Shown here piece after piece: positions 20,969-30,772 of a stretch of 64,000 nt of DNA. The notes below the pieces were generated by a model. That model ran no database searches. It was not told the DNA's origin and worked only from the letters and a program-made list of their open reading frames with translations. Both the position numbers and the translations under genes were made by a program. The stretch lies in the NCBI GenBank assembly GCA_963749075.1, contig CAVVLJ010000021.1, forward strand, positions 640,001 through 704,000. Reading direction: 5' to 3'. Every line of letters starts with the position of its first letter. Position 1 is the first letter of the stretch. Source of the DNA: an uncultured Pseudomonadota bacterium (GTDB taxonomy: Bacteria > Pseudomonadota > Alphaproteobacteria > JACZXZ01).

Positions 20969-21268
20969 TCAGCAGGTCATGCCGCCGCTTGCCGTGCGAT
21001 GCACGTCCGGGCCATGGCCAAGCGCCGATCCGTGGGCGAGCGCCTGCTCGACGGCGTGGCGTACGTGCGTCTCCGCATAGAGGGTGCCGTGCGCCAGCGC
21101 GGGCGCCAGCAGTATCGCGGCGCCGAACGCCGCCAGCAACGCCCACGACGCCAGCAGCGTCCGCGTGGTGGCGAGGACGCGTCCGAGATCGACCGCATAG
21201 TCTTTGACGTATTCGGCGAACACCGCGCATGTCGAGCTACCGTGCATCATTTCGTCCTTCCTGGTCAT
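20969..21268 (-). CDS. Small hypothetical membrane protein
   Basis: SD GGAGG before ATG; hydrophobic LLASWALLAAFGAAILLAPALA. Confidence 0.45.
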   Translation of the reverse strand: MTRKDEMMHGSSTCAVFAEYVKDYAVDLGRVLATTRTLLASWALLAAFGAAILLAPALAHGTLYAETHVRHAVEQALAHGSALGHGPDVHRTASGGMTC

Positions 21269-21448
21269 GACATCCTCCAACAGCACGCATGCCGCTCTAG
21301 ATGTGTTGCGCCGCACCATACGAGTACGGCCGTACGAGCAGGGAAACCATGCATCCGCAGCAGGGGTCGCCTGTGCCGGGCGTTTTCCCGCGGCATCTCT
21401 TGTCGATGACCGCGCGGCGGCCGCCGCCATTCGCACCATCACAAAGAT

Positions 21449-21538
21449 TTGACAGCGGCGCGGCGGCTGGCGCGCCTGGGCGGCAGCGAACCCGGTCTGG
21501 CGCGGGTGCCGCGGCGGCGGCGGCCGGGGTGCGCGTGA
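21449..21538 (+). pseudogene. C-terminal remnant of a VapB-type antitoxin
   Basis: AARRLARLGGSEPGLARVPRRRRPGCA*; GTGA overlap with the PIN gene; N-terminal DNA-binding part missing. Confidence 0.7.
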
Positions 21539-21909
21539 TCCTGGTCGACACCTCCGTCTGGATCGACCATCTGCGCGCCGGCGAGAGCTCGCTCGCCGAG
21601 CTCCTCGATGGCGGAGGCGTCCTCGCCCACCCCTTCATCATCGGCGAGCTCGCGCTGGGCCGTTTGCGGCGGCGCGCGCTTATTCTCGGCGCCTTGTCGG
21701 ATCTGCCGCAGGTGCGCGTCGCCTCGGACGCCGAGGTGCGGCACTTCATCGAGCGCCACGCCCTCCACGGGCTCGGCATCGGCTATGTCGACGCCCATCT
21801 GCTCGCCGCCGTCCGGCTTACGGCAGGGGCGGCGCTATGGACGCGCGACAAGCGGCTGAACGGCATCGCACGGCGGTTGGGGATGGCGACGAGACTTCCT
21901 CTGCGCTGA
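21535..21909 (+). CDS. PIN-domain VapC toxin
   Basis: ILVDTSVWIDHLR, HPFIIGELALG, GIGYVDAHLL, LWTRDKRL. Confidence 0.9.
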   Translation: MILVDTSVWIDHLRAGESSLAELLDGGGVLAHPFIIGELALGRLRRRALILGALSDLPQVRVASDAEVRHFIERHALHGLGIGYVDAHLLAAVRLTAGAALWTRDKRLNGIARRLGMATRLPLR

Positions 21910-21935
21910 GGCGTTGGGCCCTCGCCTGAGCGGCT

Positions 21936-22346
21936 TCAGCCGAGGGCGAAGAACGGCAGCCTCTGGGAGGCCGTGTGCTGCACGAAGACGACCCTGACCG
22001 CGCGGCCGACCAGGCCCTCCTCCTTGTGGGGCGGGCGTGCCAGGCGGCTGAACATCGTAGGTCCCTCGCGCAGCCGCACGGCGATGAAGTAGTAGGGCAC
22101 CTCGTCGACGAAGCTCTCGGCCTGCGGCCGCATGATGCGCGTGAAGGAGAGGATGGTGCCCTGCCCGGAGACGTCCTCCCAGCGAAGCTCGTCGCATCCG
22201 CAGTGGGGACAGCAGGGACGCGGGTAATAGATGAAGCGGCCGCAGTCTTCCGCGGTGCAGCGCTGCAAACGCAGCGTCCCGGCATTGCAGGCCTCCCAGA
22301 AGGGCCGGCTGATCTCGCTGATGCGCGGCATCGGTTTCTCGGCCAT
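21936..22346 (-). CDS. Zn-ribbon/OB-fold (DUF35) thiolase partner
   Basis: PFWEAC...LQRC...CG...YPR..CPHCG; adjacent to a thiolase. Confidence 0.9.
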   Translation of the reverse strand: MAEKPMPRISEISRPFWEACNAGTLRLQRCTAEDCGRFIYYPRPCCPHCGCDELRWEDVSGQGTILSFTRIMRPQAESFVDEVPYYFIAVRLREGPTMFSRLARPPHKEEGLVGRAVRVVFVQHTASQRLPFFALG

Positions 22347-22354
22347 GGCCCGCC

Positions 22355-23506
22355 TCAGGCCCGTGCCAGGATGGCGGCGCTGGTGGAGAGCCCGCGGCCG
22401 AAGGCGACCATGCCGTAGCCCGAGACCACGCCCCGGCGGCATTTGATCTGCCGCTTGCCGGCCTCCCCGCGCAATTGCTGCACGGCCTCCACGACCGCGA
22501 TCATGCCGCCGCTCCAGCCGGCCTGGCCGGCCGAGAGCTGGCCGCCGCCGGTATTGACCGGGAAATCGCCGTGCACGCTGAGATCGTGCTCGCGCACGAA
22601 GCGCGCCGCGGCACCCTCGCCGCAGAGGCCGAGCGCCTCGAACTGGAGGAAGCTCATGGCCGGATAATCGTCGTAGACTTGCGCGAAATCCATCTCGCCG
22701 GGTGCAGCACCCGCCTGGCGGTACATCTCGTCGCGGAAGACGTTCCAGCCGCCGGCGAGCGACAGGGGCTCGGCGGCGGGATGATTATGCAGCTCCCCGC
22801 CGCCCAGGATGCGGACCTTGGGCACCTCGAGCTCGCGGGCGGCCCGCTCGCTCGCCAGCACGACCGCATCGCCGCCGCTGCAGGGATAGACGCAGTCGTA
22901 GAGATGGATCGGGTCGGCGATGACGCGGGCAGCCAGGTAGTCCTCGAGGCTGAGCGGCGTGCGGAAGAGGGCATTGGGATTGAGGATGGCGTTCTTGCGC
23001 TGGGCCACGGCGAGGCGGCCGAAATCCTCGCGCGTGGCGCCGTATTCGTCCATATAGCGGCGCGTATGAAGGGCAAAGAGGCCGTTGGTGCCGCCCCAGC
23101 CGAAGGGCTTCATGTAATCGCGCTGTCCGGTGTTGCGCTCCTGGCCGAGATGCATGTCGAGGGTGAAGGTATCCGCGGCGGCGCAGAGGACCACCTCCGC
23201 GTCGCCGGCCTGGATGGCGCGGGCGGCGCGCAGGACGGCAATCACGCCCGAGGCGCCGCCCGAGACGCCCTGGTACACCCAGCGGAGCTCGAGGCCGAAC
23301 TGCTCGGCGAGCGTGGTGGCGTTGTCCGGCGCCATGCCGAGCGAGATGGCGGCCCAGCCGTCGACCTGGCGCTTGGCGAGGGTTGCCGAGCGCAGCGCCC
23401 GCCCCGCGGCCTCCCACATGAGCCGGTGCGCCGACTTCGCCGTGCGCTTCTCGTAGGCGGTCTGCCCGGCCCCGACGATGAAGACGCCGTCGTAGTTCGC
23501 GGCCAT
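22355..23506 (-). CDS. Thiolase-family (SCP2/lipid-transfer type) protein
   Basis: AQVYDDY, PVNTGGGQLSAG, EAVQQLRGEAG. Confidence 0.9.
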   Translation of the reverse strand: MAANYDGVFIVGAGQTAYEKRTAKSAHRLMWEAAGRALRSATLAKRQVDGWAAISLGMAPDNATTLAEQFGLELRWVYQGVSGGASGVIAVLRAARAIQAGDAEVVLCAAADTFTLDMHLGQERNTGQRDYMKPFGWGGTNGLFALHTRRYMDEYGATREDFGRLAVAQRKNAILNPNALFRTPLSLEDYLAARVIADPIHLYDCVYPCSGGDAVVLASERAARELEVPKVRILGGGELHNHPAAEPLSLAGGWNVFRDEMYRQAGAAPGEMDFAQVYDDYPAMSFLQFEALGLCGEGAAARFVREHDLSVHGDFPVNTGGGQLSAGQAGWSGGMIAVVEAVQQLRGEAGKRQIKCRRGVVSGYGMVAFGRGLSTSAAILARA

Positions 23507-23777
23507 GTCCCTAGGGCCGGAAAGGCATGGCGAATGACCCCGTTCCCCTGGCGAGCTTGCGCTTCGAATCCTTGCTCGGCCCGAGAGGGAAAATACGCTG
23601 CCGGCGGCCGTCCTGATAGATGTCCTATAACGCGAAATTGACCGCGCCGCGCGCCACCTTAAATCGTCATGCCGCACGCCGGCGCCCCCGCCGACGGGGC
23701 CGCATCGCCCGTCCCTGCCGAGGAGCGTGTCATTGCCCGGCTTGGCGGCGATGGCGCGGAGGCTCGGGACGAGGGAT

Positions 23778-23810
23778 GTCGCAAACGTCGAGATTGCGGA
23801 CTATCATTGA
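23778..23810 (+). pseudogene. C-terminal remnant of a HigB-like toxin
   Basis: VANVEIADYH* resembles the HigB terminal VEIVDYH; directly upstream of higA. Confidence 0.65.
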
Positions 23811-23839
23811 AGGCGGCAATAGCAGGTAAGGACTGACCC

Positions 23840-24142
23840 ATGGAGCTGTTGCGCAACCCGCACCCGGGCGAGATTCTGAAGGACGAGTTCTTGCGCGAGA
23901 TCGGCATGAGCCAGAATCGGCTGGCTCGTGCGATCGGCGTTCCCGGCAACCGCGTCCATGCGATCGTCAACGGCACGCGGGACATCACGGCCAACACCGA
24001 CTTGCGCCTGTGCAAGTTCTTCGGCCTTTCCGAAGGCTATTTCCTGCGCCTGCAGAACGCGCACGACACGCTTGAGGCCAAGCGCCGCATCGCGGGCGAC
24101 GTGGCCAAGATCACGCCTTATAAGCAGGAGCGGGCCGCTTAG
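23840..24142 (+). CDS. HigA family antitoxin
   Basis: HPGEILKDEFL...SQNRLARAIGVP...RDITANTDLRLCKFFG. Confidence 0.92.
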   Translation: MELLRNPHPGEILKDEFLREIGMSQNRLARAIGVPGNRVHAIVNGTRDITANTDLRLCKFFGLSEGYFLRLQNAHDTLEAKRRIAGDVAKITPYKQERAA

Positions 24143-24177
24143 AGTAGAGGAGAGACCATTCGCGCCGCCGGGCGCCC

Positions 24178-25239
24178 TCAGCACGCCTCGAGCGGCACGC
24201 TGAGCCGCATGCCGGGGACGCGCACCCCGCCGCGCTTGCCGGGCTCGACCGAGCCGTAGCGCTCGGCGAAGACGGGCGGCAGCGCCCGTGCCTCGGACGG
24301 TGCCAGCCAGAGGCGGAGGAGATGGCGCCTGCGCTCCGGCTCGGGCCAGTCCTCGAAGCCCGTGCGGTCGTGGAGAAGGGTGTGGTTGTGCACGAGCTGG
24401 ACGTCGCCGGGCGCGAACGCCATGTGCAGGCACAAGGCCGGGTCGTTGGCGAGCGCGTCGAAGAGGTCGAGCGCCTCGCGCTGCGTTTCGCTCAACGGCG
24501 GCACCCCGGGGAAGCGGCGCGCGGAGTCGATGTACTGCCGCTGGTAGATGGCGCTCAGCCGTCCGGCGTGCCAGTTGAAGACGGGGATGCGAAAAAAGGG
24601 CAGCGCTCCCGCCGGCACCTCGCCGCGGCGGTCGGTCTCGATGGGTGCTAAGAGCACCTCCGCAAGATCGGGCCGCCGCGCGCGCATCTCGTTGTAGATG
24701 GTGAGCGAGCTCACCAGGCTCGAGAGCCCGCCCGCCCTCGCCGGATGGAGGCAGAGGAGCCCGACCACGTCGGCCGAATCCGTGTGATAGGTCTGGCGCT
24801 CGCGGGTCTGGTAGATGCGCACGTTGGGATCGCTCGAGGCGAGGCCCAGGTCCTTGACGTGGCCGAGGAGGTGGCCCTTGGCGTTCTGCGGCAGGAGCGT
24901 GCCGAGGTGGCTGCCGAGGCCGAGGAACGCCGCGGCACTCCGCCGCACGCCGTAGCGCTCGACGGGAAGCCCGCGGATGACGGCGAAGCCGCGCCCGTCC
25001 AACACCTCGGCCAGGATGCGCGCGATGCGCGGCGCCAGCGCCGGGAGCGGGAAATCCTCCTTGCGCATGGCGGCGAGTTGGCGCCCCTCCGCCGCGGCGT
25101 GCGCGCTCGCCGCATCGAGCTCGGCGAGCTCGTTCTCGCCGAGCTGCTCGATCCAGTCGCCGCGCGCCGCCATCGCGGGTCCGTACCAGGCAGCCGGCCC
25201 GCCGATGCGCGCCGGCACCTCGGCGAGGGCGGCGCTCAC
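24178..25239 (-). CDS. TauD/TfdA family Fe(II)/2OG dioxygenase
   Basis: YHTDSAD (HxD), HNHTLLHDR, RHLLRLWL. Confidence 0.9.
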   Translation of the reverse strand: MSAALAEVPARIGGPAAWYGPAMAARGDWIEQLGENELAELDAASAHAAAEGRQLAAMRKEDFPLPALAPRIARILAEVLDGRGFAVIRGLPVERYGVRRSAAAFLGLGSHLGTLLPQNAKGHLLGHVKDLGLASSDPNVRIYQTRERQTYHTDSADVVGLLCLHPARAGGLSSLVSSLTIYNEMRARRPDLAEVLLAPIETDRRGEVPAGALPFFRIPVFNWHAGRLSAIYQRQYIDSARRFPGVPPLSETQREALDLFDALANDPALCLHMAFAPGDVQLVHNHTLLHDRTGFEDWPEPERRRHLLRLWLAPSEARALPPVFAERYGSVEPGKRGGVRVPGMRLSVPLEAC

Positions 25240-25949
25240 GTGCTCGCCTCGGCCAGCGCCTCCATCCGGGGCTCTCCCCGGTAGCCGCAGGCCGCAAGCG
25301 CTGCGAGCATGTGGGCGGGCGGCGCTGCCGTTGCGGCGATGGGCGGCCTCGCGGGATAGAGCGGGATCGCCACCGCGCGCGCGTGGAGGTGGAGGGGGCG
25401 GGCGCCGGCGTTATCTCCGCCATAGACGCCGTCGCCGCGCACCGGGCAGCCGAGTGCCGCGAGATGGACGCGGATCTGGTGGGTGCGGCCGGTCAGCGGC
25501 CTGAGCTCGAGCCAGGCGATTCCGGGGGCCGTGCCAAGGACGCGGTAGTCGGTCACCGCCGCCTGGCCCGCGGCATCGACCGCCATGTGCCAGCCGTGCC
25601 CGGGCGTGCGCTTCTTGAGCGGCAACGCGATGCGGCCGGCGGGCTCGGGCGGCTCTCCGTCGGTCACCGCCCAATAGGTCTTCTCGACGCGGCCTTCTGC
25701 GAAGAGGCGGCCCAGGCGTGCCAAGGCCTTGCGGTGCCGGCCGAGCACGAGGCAGCCGCTGGTGTCGCGGTCGAGGCGGTGGGCGAGGGAAGGCGGGCGC
25801 GGCAGGCCGAAGCGGAGTGCGGCGAAGAGCGCCTCGAGATTGGCGCCGCCCTTGGGCCCCGCATGCACGGCAAGCCCGGCCGGCTTGTCGATGATGAGGA
25901 CGAGGCCGTCGCGGTAGAGCACGCGGGCCTGCAGCTCCTCGGGAGTCAT
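25236..25949 (-). CDS. RluA family pseudouridine synthase
   Basis: DKPAGL, HRLDRDTSG, TGRTHQIRVH. Confidence 0.93.
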   Translation of the reverse strand: MTPEELQARVLYRDGLVLIIDKPAGLAVHAGPKGGANLEALFAALRFGLPRPPSLAHRLDRDTSGCLVLGRHRKALARLGRLFAEGRVEKTYWAVTDGEPPEPAGRIALPLKKRTPGHGWHMAVDAAGQAAVTDYRVLGTAPGIAWLELRPLTGRTHQIRVHLAALGCPVRGDGVYGGDNAGARPLHLHARAVAIPLYPARPPIAATAAPPAHMLAALAACGYRGEPRMEALAEAST

Positions 25950-26536
25950 GGCGGCGCCGGACGCAGCGCTCGGATGCGCCAGGCATTGCCCGAGGCCTTG
26001 TGGCTTACGAACACCTCGTCGAGGGTCTCGTAGGGTGGTGCCGCGAGAGCGGACCACAGCGCGTCGATCTTGCGGTCGAAGCTGCCGCCCTCGGGGCGCG
26101 CGCGCGTGATGGAGACGATGAGCACGCCTTTGGGCGCGAGATGTGCCGCGTAGCGTGCGATCTCGCCCAAGGGGTTGCTGAGGAAATAGACCACCTCGTT
26201 GAAGAGGATGGCGTCGTAGCGCTCGTCCGCGGGCGGGCTGAAGGCCTCGGCCGAGGCTACGACGAAGCTCGCGCGCGGGTCGGCGAAGGGCACGGCCTCG
26301 ATCGCCGCTGCGGCGAAGTCGACGCCGGTGTAGGCGACGAGGCAGGGCTCGTCGAGATGCTGGAAGAGCTGCCCGCTGCCGCAGCCGATGTCGAGCACGC
26401 GCCCGCCGCCGAAGAGCCGCACGTAGAGCGCCGCCACCGCGAGCCGCGCCTGCTCCTTGGGCGCCCCAAGATAGCTCCAGCGTCCGGCGCGGTAGTCGCG
26501 GTCCCAGCTTGCGGGCTCGCTCTCAGCAATCGCCAT
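25946..26536 (-). CDS. Class I SAM-dependent methyltransferase
   Basis: VLDIGCGSG, YTGVD, YDAILFNE. Confidence 0.85.
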   Translation of the reverse strand: MAIAESEPASWDRDYRAGRWSYLGAPKEQARLAVAALYVRLFGGGRVLDIGCGSGQLFQHLDEPCLVAYTGVDFAAAAIEAVPFADPRASFVVASAEAFSPPADERYDAILFNEVVYFLSNPLGEIARYAAHLAPKGVLIVSITRARPEGGSFDRKIDALWSALAAPPYETLDEVFVSHKASGNAWRIRALRPAPP

Positions 26537-26669
26537 GGTCACTCCTCGCGCGGCTGCCGGGATTTGTAACACTCAACGCCGGCCGCGAACAGCGCTCGCC
26601 CGCTTGCCGGCCCGCGGGCGGGGGACTAAGGTGGGCGCCAAATCAGTCCCAATTCCGAGGAGACGCGCC

Positions 26670-28169
26670 ATGGCCGAGATGCTGTCCGCCGAGGACTGGA
26701 AGCGCAATGCTGCCCGTCTCGCCTTCCCCAAGCAGGCCTTCATCGACGGCAAGTACGTCGATGCCGCCTCGGGCAAGACCTTCGATTGCGTCAACCCGGC
26801 GACGGGCGAGGTGCTCGCCAAGATCGCCGCCTGCGATAAGGAGGACGTGGACCGCGCGGTCGCGGCGGCTCGGCGCGCCTTCGAGTCCGGCAAGTGGTCG
26901 CGCCTGGCGCCGGCCCAGCGCAAGCGGCGCTTGCAGAAGCTCGCCGAGCTCATGCTCAAACACGCGGGCGAGCTCGCGCTCCTCGAGACGCTCGACATGG
27001 GGAAGCCCATCCGCGACAGCTCGGCGATCGACGTGCCGGGTGCCGCCAACTGCATCGCCTGGAACGGCGAGGCGATCGACAAGCTCTATGACGAGGTGGC
27101 ACCGACCGATCCCAACGTGGTGGCCATGATCACGCGCGAGCCGCTCGGCGTCGTCGCTGCCGTGGTGCCGTGGAACTTCCCCCTCCTCATGGCGTGCTGG
27201 AAGATCGGCCCGGCGCTCGCCACCGGCAACTCGATGGTGCTCAAGCCCGCCGAGCAGTCGCCGCTCACCGCCTTGCGGCTCGCCGAGTTGGTACTCGAGG
27301 CCGGCATCCCCGAAGGCGTCTTCAACGTAGTCCCCGGCTTCGGCGAGACCGCGGGCCAGGCCATCGGGCTTCACATGGACGTGGATGCGGTCGCCTTCAC
27401 CGGCTCGACCGAGGTCGGCAAGCTCTTCCTGCAATACGCCGGCCGCTCGAACATGAAGCACGTCTCGCTCGAGTGCGGCGGCAAGACGCCGCACATCGTG
27501 ATGGCGGACTGCCCGGACCTCGAGAGTGCCGCCAAAGCCGCGGCCTTCGGCATCTTCTTCAACCAGGGCGAGGTGTGCAACGCGGGCTCGCGCCTGCTCG
27601 TCGATGCGCGCATCAAGGACGCCTTCCTCGAGAAGGTGGTGGCCGTCGGCCAGCGCCTGCAGCCCGGCGATCCGCTCGATCCCAAGACGCGCATGGGCGC
27701 CATCGTCGACAAGACCCAGCTCGAGCGCGTGCTCGGCTACATCGAGGCGGGGAAGAAGGAGGGCGCCGAGCTCAAGATGGGGGGCAAGCAGGCGCGCGCC
27801 GAGACGGGGGGCTATTACGTCGAGCCCACCGTGTTCGACAAGGTGGAGAACCGCATGAGGATCGCCCAGGAGGAGATCTTCGGGCCGGTGCTATCGACCA
27901 TCACGTTCAAGGACGCCGAGGAGGCGGTGCGCATCGGCAACGACACCATCTACGGCCTCGCCGCCGCGGTGTGGACGCGCGACGTGAACACCGCACTCCG
28001 CACCGCCAAGGCGCTCCGCGCCGGCGTGGTGTGGGTCAATTGCTTCGACGAGGGCGACATGTCGACCCCCTTCGGCGGCTTCAAGCAGTCGGGCTTCGGC
28101 CGCGACAAGTCGGTCCACGCGCTCGCCAAATACACCGAGCTCAAGACGACGTGGATCAGGCTGCAGTGA
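26670..28169 (+). CDS. Aldehyde dehydrogenase (PuuC-like)
   Basis: PWNFP, FTGSTEVG, LECGGK, NQGEVC, EEIFGP. Confidence 0.95.
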   Translation: MAEMLSAEDWKRNAARLAFPKQAFIDGKYVDAASGKTFDCVNPATGEVLAKIAACDKEDVDRAVAAARRAFESGKWSRLAPAQRKRRLQKLAELMLKHAGELALLETLDMGKPIRDSSAIDVPGAANCIAWNGEAIDKLYDEVAPTDPNVVAMITREPLGVVAAVVPWNFPLLMACWKIGPALATGNSMVLKPAEQSPLTALRLAELVLEAGIPEGVFNVVPGFGETAGQAIGLHMDVDAVAFTGSTEVGKLFLQYAGRSNMKHVSLECGGKTPHIVMADCPDLESAAKAAAFGIFFNQGEVCNAGSRLLVDARIKDAFLEKVVAVGQRLQPGDPLDPKTRMGAIVDKTQLERVLGYIEAGKKEGAELKMGGKQARAETGGYYVEPTVFDKVENRMRIAQEEIFGPVLSTITFKDAEEAVRIGNDTIYGLAAAVWTRDVNTALRTAKALRAGVVWVNCFDEGDMSTPFGGFKQSGFGRDKSVHALAKYTELKTTWIRLQ

Positions 28170-28187
28170 CGCGTCGCCTATGTGTCT

Positions 28188-28211
28188 CCCTCTCCCGCAC
28201 GCGGGAGAGGG
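28188..28211. repeat. REP-like palindrome between convergent genes
   Basis: CCCTCTCCCGC-AC-GCGGGAGAGGG. Confidence 0.65.
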
Positions 28212-28286
28212 ACTTATCGCCACTGCCGATGTGCGCTTGAGCTAATCCTCAGAGGGCGAGGGCCGCGGCGAGCGTGCCGCCCGGCA

Positions 28287-28718
28287 TCACTGCGCGCTCT
28301 TCCAGTAGAAGCCCTCGGAGACAGCGCCCTTGGCCGGGACGTCGATGGTCTTGCTGAGCTCGACGCCCTCGGACACGGCTACGACCCGATAGCGCCCGGG
28401 GGCGGCCTTGGCGTAGAAATAAGGTCCCTCCGAGACCGCGTCGACCAGCGTGGTCCCCTTGGCATCGAGGATCTTCACCTTCACGTCGGCGAGGAACTCG
28501 CCCGAGCCCTGGGCCGCGAAGAGGAGGTGCAGGTTGTAGTCGCCCCTCACCTCGCGCAGCATCTCCACGTCGTCGAGGCCGACGCCGCCGCTGATGTAGC
28601 TGACGCCGTTCTGCGTCTCAGCCTGCATGGTGGATTGCGCGCCCGCCGGCACGGCGGCAAGCGAGAGGACGAGGACGAGCGAGAGGACGAGGGCCTTGGT
28701 CATTCCGTTCGACTCCAT
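28287..28718 (-). CDS. Secreted protein with carboxypeptidase-regulatory-like beta-sandwich
   Basis: Signal peptide; YISGGVG...YNLHLLFA...LADVKVKI...PGRYRV. Confidence 0.75.
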   Translation of the reverse strand: MESNGMTKALVLSLVLVLSLAAVPAGAQSTMQAETQNGVSYISGGVGLDDVEMLREVRGDYNLHLLFAAQGSGEFLADVKVKILDAKGTTLVDAVSEGPYFYAKAAPGRYRVVAVSEGVELSKTIDVPAKGAVSEGFYWKSAQ

Positions 28719-28855
28719 TGTTCCATTGTCCGCGGCGGAGGATTTATCGCCCGAGCAGCTGCCGAGCCGGACGAGAATGCGCGAACATCAAGGCATTTCA
28801 AGGGCAAATGTCGTCGGCGGGGCGACGGGCGGCCGAAGATCCGGCGCGTGCGCGC

Positions 28856-29323
28856 TCAGCGGGTCCGGGCGCCCCGCCGAGGTGCGAGCTCGCTCGCGCT
28901 GACGGCGCGCAGCAGGCTGCGCAGTGCTGCGGCGCGCTTCTGCCCGATCGCCGCCTCGAATTGCGTCTGCGCCTCGGCCCAGGCCTTGACCGAGCCGCGC
29001 AGCCGCGCGGCACCGGCCTCGGTCAGCCGCACGTCCTTGTTCCGCCGATCGCCGCTTGCCGCCGCGACCGTGACGAGCCCGTCGCGCGCGAGCGGCAGGA
29101 TGTTGCGGCCGAGCGTGGTGCGGTCCATGACGAGCTCGGCGGCCAGCGCGTTGATCGTCAGCGGCCCGAGGTGCCTCAGCTTCGCGAGGATCGAGAACTG
29201 CGTGGTGCGCAACCCCGCCGGCGCCAGAAAGCGGTCGTAGAACTGCGTCACGTGCCGGGCCGCCTGGCGCACCGCCAGGCAATTGCACTCCGCCAGCCGC
29301 GGCCGGGCCTCGGCGGGGGTCAT
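28856..29323 (-). CDS. MarR family regulator
   Basis: CNCLAVRQAAR...GLRTTQFSIL...MDRTTLGRN...VRLTEAG. Confidence 0.92.
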   Translation of the reverse strand: MTPAEARPRLAECNCLAVRQAARHVTQFYDRFLAPAGLRTTQFSILAKLRHLGPLTINALAAELVMDRTTLGRNILPLARDGLVTVAAASGDRRNKDVRLTEAGAARLRGSVKAWAEAQTQFEAAIGQKRAAALRSLLRAVSASELAPRRGARTR

Positions 29324-29448
29324 GGCGCTCTTCCGGCTGGACAAGTCTCCATAGGCGACCATATTGGGTGCATATACGCTGATGTCAACCGTGTCCGCGA
29401 GGCCGGGGAGCCGCGGGCCGCCGCTCCCTTGCGCAGAAGAGGTGCCGA

Positions 29449-29895
29449 ATGAGCGTCCGCTATCTGGAAGACTTCGCCGTAGGCCAGACCTTCGGCTCGG
29501 AGAGCCTCACCATCGACGAGGCCGCGATCAAGGCCTTCGCCGCCGAGTTCGACCCGCAGCCCTTCCACCTCGACGACGAGGCCGCGCGCGGCACCTTCTT
29601 CGGCGGCCTCGCGGCGAGCGGCTGGCACACTGCGGCCTTCACCATGCGGCTCCTCCTCGCGAGCGACTTCAAGCCGGCCGGCGGCATCCTCGGCGCCGGC
29701 GGCGAGCTCAACTGGCCGCGGCCGGTGCGACCCGGCGACGAGCTCCGCGTCGAGAGCGAGGTGCTCGAGGTGCGGCCCTCGAAGTCGCGGCCCCGGCAGG
29801 GCATGATCAAGGTGCGCACCACGACGCTCAACCAGAAGGGCGAGGCCGTGCAGGTGCTCATCGCCAACCTTCTGGTGCCGCGCCGGCCGGCCTAG
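29449..29895 (+). CDS. MaoC family dehydratase
   Basis: FDPQPFHLD...LAASGWHT...PVRPGD. Confidence 0.92.
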   Translation: MSVRYLEDFAVGQTFGSESLTIDEAAIKAFAAEFDPQPFHLDDEAARGTFFGGLAASGWHTAAFTMRLLLASDFKPAGGILGAGGELNWPRPVRPGDELRVESEVLEVRPSKSRPRQGMIKVRTTTLNQKGEAVQVLIANLLVPRRPA

Positions 29896-30008
29896 CGGGC
29901 GCTGGCAGAGGGCGCTCCGCGGCCGCCGATCACGCGTTCGAGATTCGCTTTCGCGCCCGCGCCGTGCCAACCTCCGGCTTCGCTCAAGCCTCGCACGGGA
30001 GTTCGCCC

Positions 30009-30752
30009 ATGACCCGCTCCGCCAAGATCCGTCCCATGGCACGGCTCGTCCGCTCGGCCCTGGTGGGAGCGGCGGCGCTCGCCGGACTCGGGCTCGCGAC
30101 ATACGCCTATAGAGGCGCCTACGGCGGCGAGGAGGCGCATCTCGTGCCGCCGCCGGCCGTCGACGAGGCGGCCGGGCCGCAGGCGGCGAGCGAGACCGCC
30201 GTCCTCGCAGGCGGCTGCTTCTGGGGCGTCCAGGGCGTCTTCCAGCACGTGAAGGGCGTCATCAACGCCGTCTCGGGCTATGCCGGCGGGGAGGCGGCGA
30301 CGGCGCACTACGAGATGACCAGCGAGGGCGACACCGGGCACGCGGAATCGGTCGAGATCACCTTCGACCCGCACACGGTGAGCTACGGGCGCCTCCTTCA
30401 GGTCTTTTTCTCGGTGGCCCACGATCCGACCGAGCTCAATCGCCAGGGACCGGACAGCGGCACGCAGTATCGCTCGGCCATCTTCCCGGCGAGCGACGAG
30501 CAGGCGCGCGTGGCGAAGGCCTATATCGCGCAACTCGACAAGGCGCGCGTCTTCGGCAGCGCCATCGTGACCACGATCGAGCCCGGCAAGACCTTCTACC
30601 GGGCCGAGGACTATCATCAGGACTTCCTCACGCGGAACCCCAGCTATCCCTATATCGTCTACAACGATCTGCCGAAGATCGCGAACCTGAAGCGGCTCTT
30701 CCCCGCTCTCTACAGCGCCGATCCCGTGCTGGTCATGGCCGGGCGCTCCTGA
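30009..30752 (+). CDS. msrA: Exported peptide-methionine (S)-S-oxide reductase
   Basis: GGCFWG, GHAE, HDPTELNRQGPD, AEDYHQ; N-terminal signal-like region. Confidence 0.93.
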   Translation: MTRSAKIRPMARLVRSALVGAAALAGLGLATYAYRGAYGGEEAHLVPPPAVDEAAGPQAASETAVLAGGCFWGVQGVFQHVKGVINAVSGYAGGEAATAHYEMTSEGDTGHAESVEITFDPHTVSYGRLLQVFFSVAHDPTELNRQGPDSGTQYRSAIFPASDEQARVAKAYIAQLDKARVFGSAIVTTIEPGKTFYRAEDYHQDFLTRNPSYPYIVYNDLPKIANLKRLFPALYSADPVLVMAGRS

Positions 30753-30772
30753 GGTAGTATGGCCGGCGGGCG

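Noticed and set aside
11507-23820. 14-bp match TTGAAGGCGGCAAT at 11507-11520 and 23807-23820
   Set aside because: No flanking similarity or boundary logic; plausible by chance in 64 kb.
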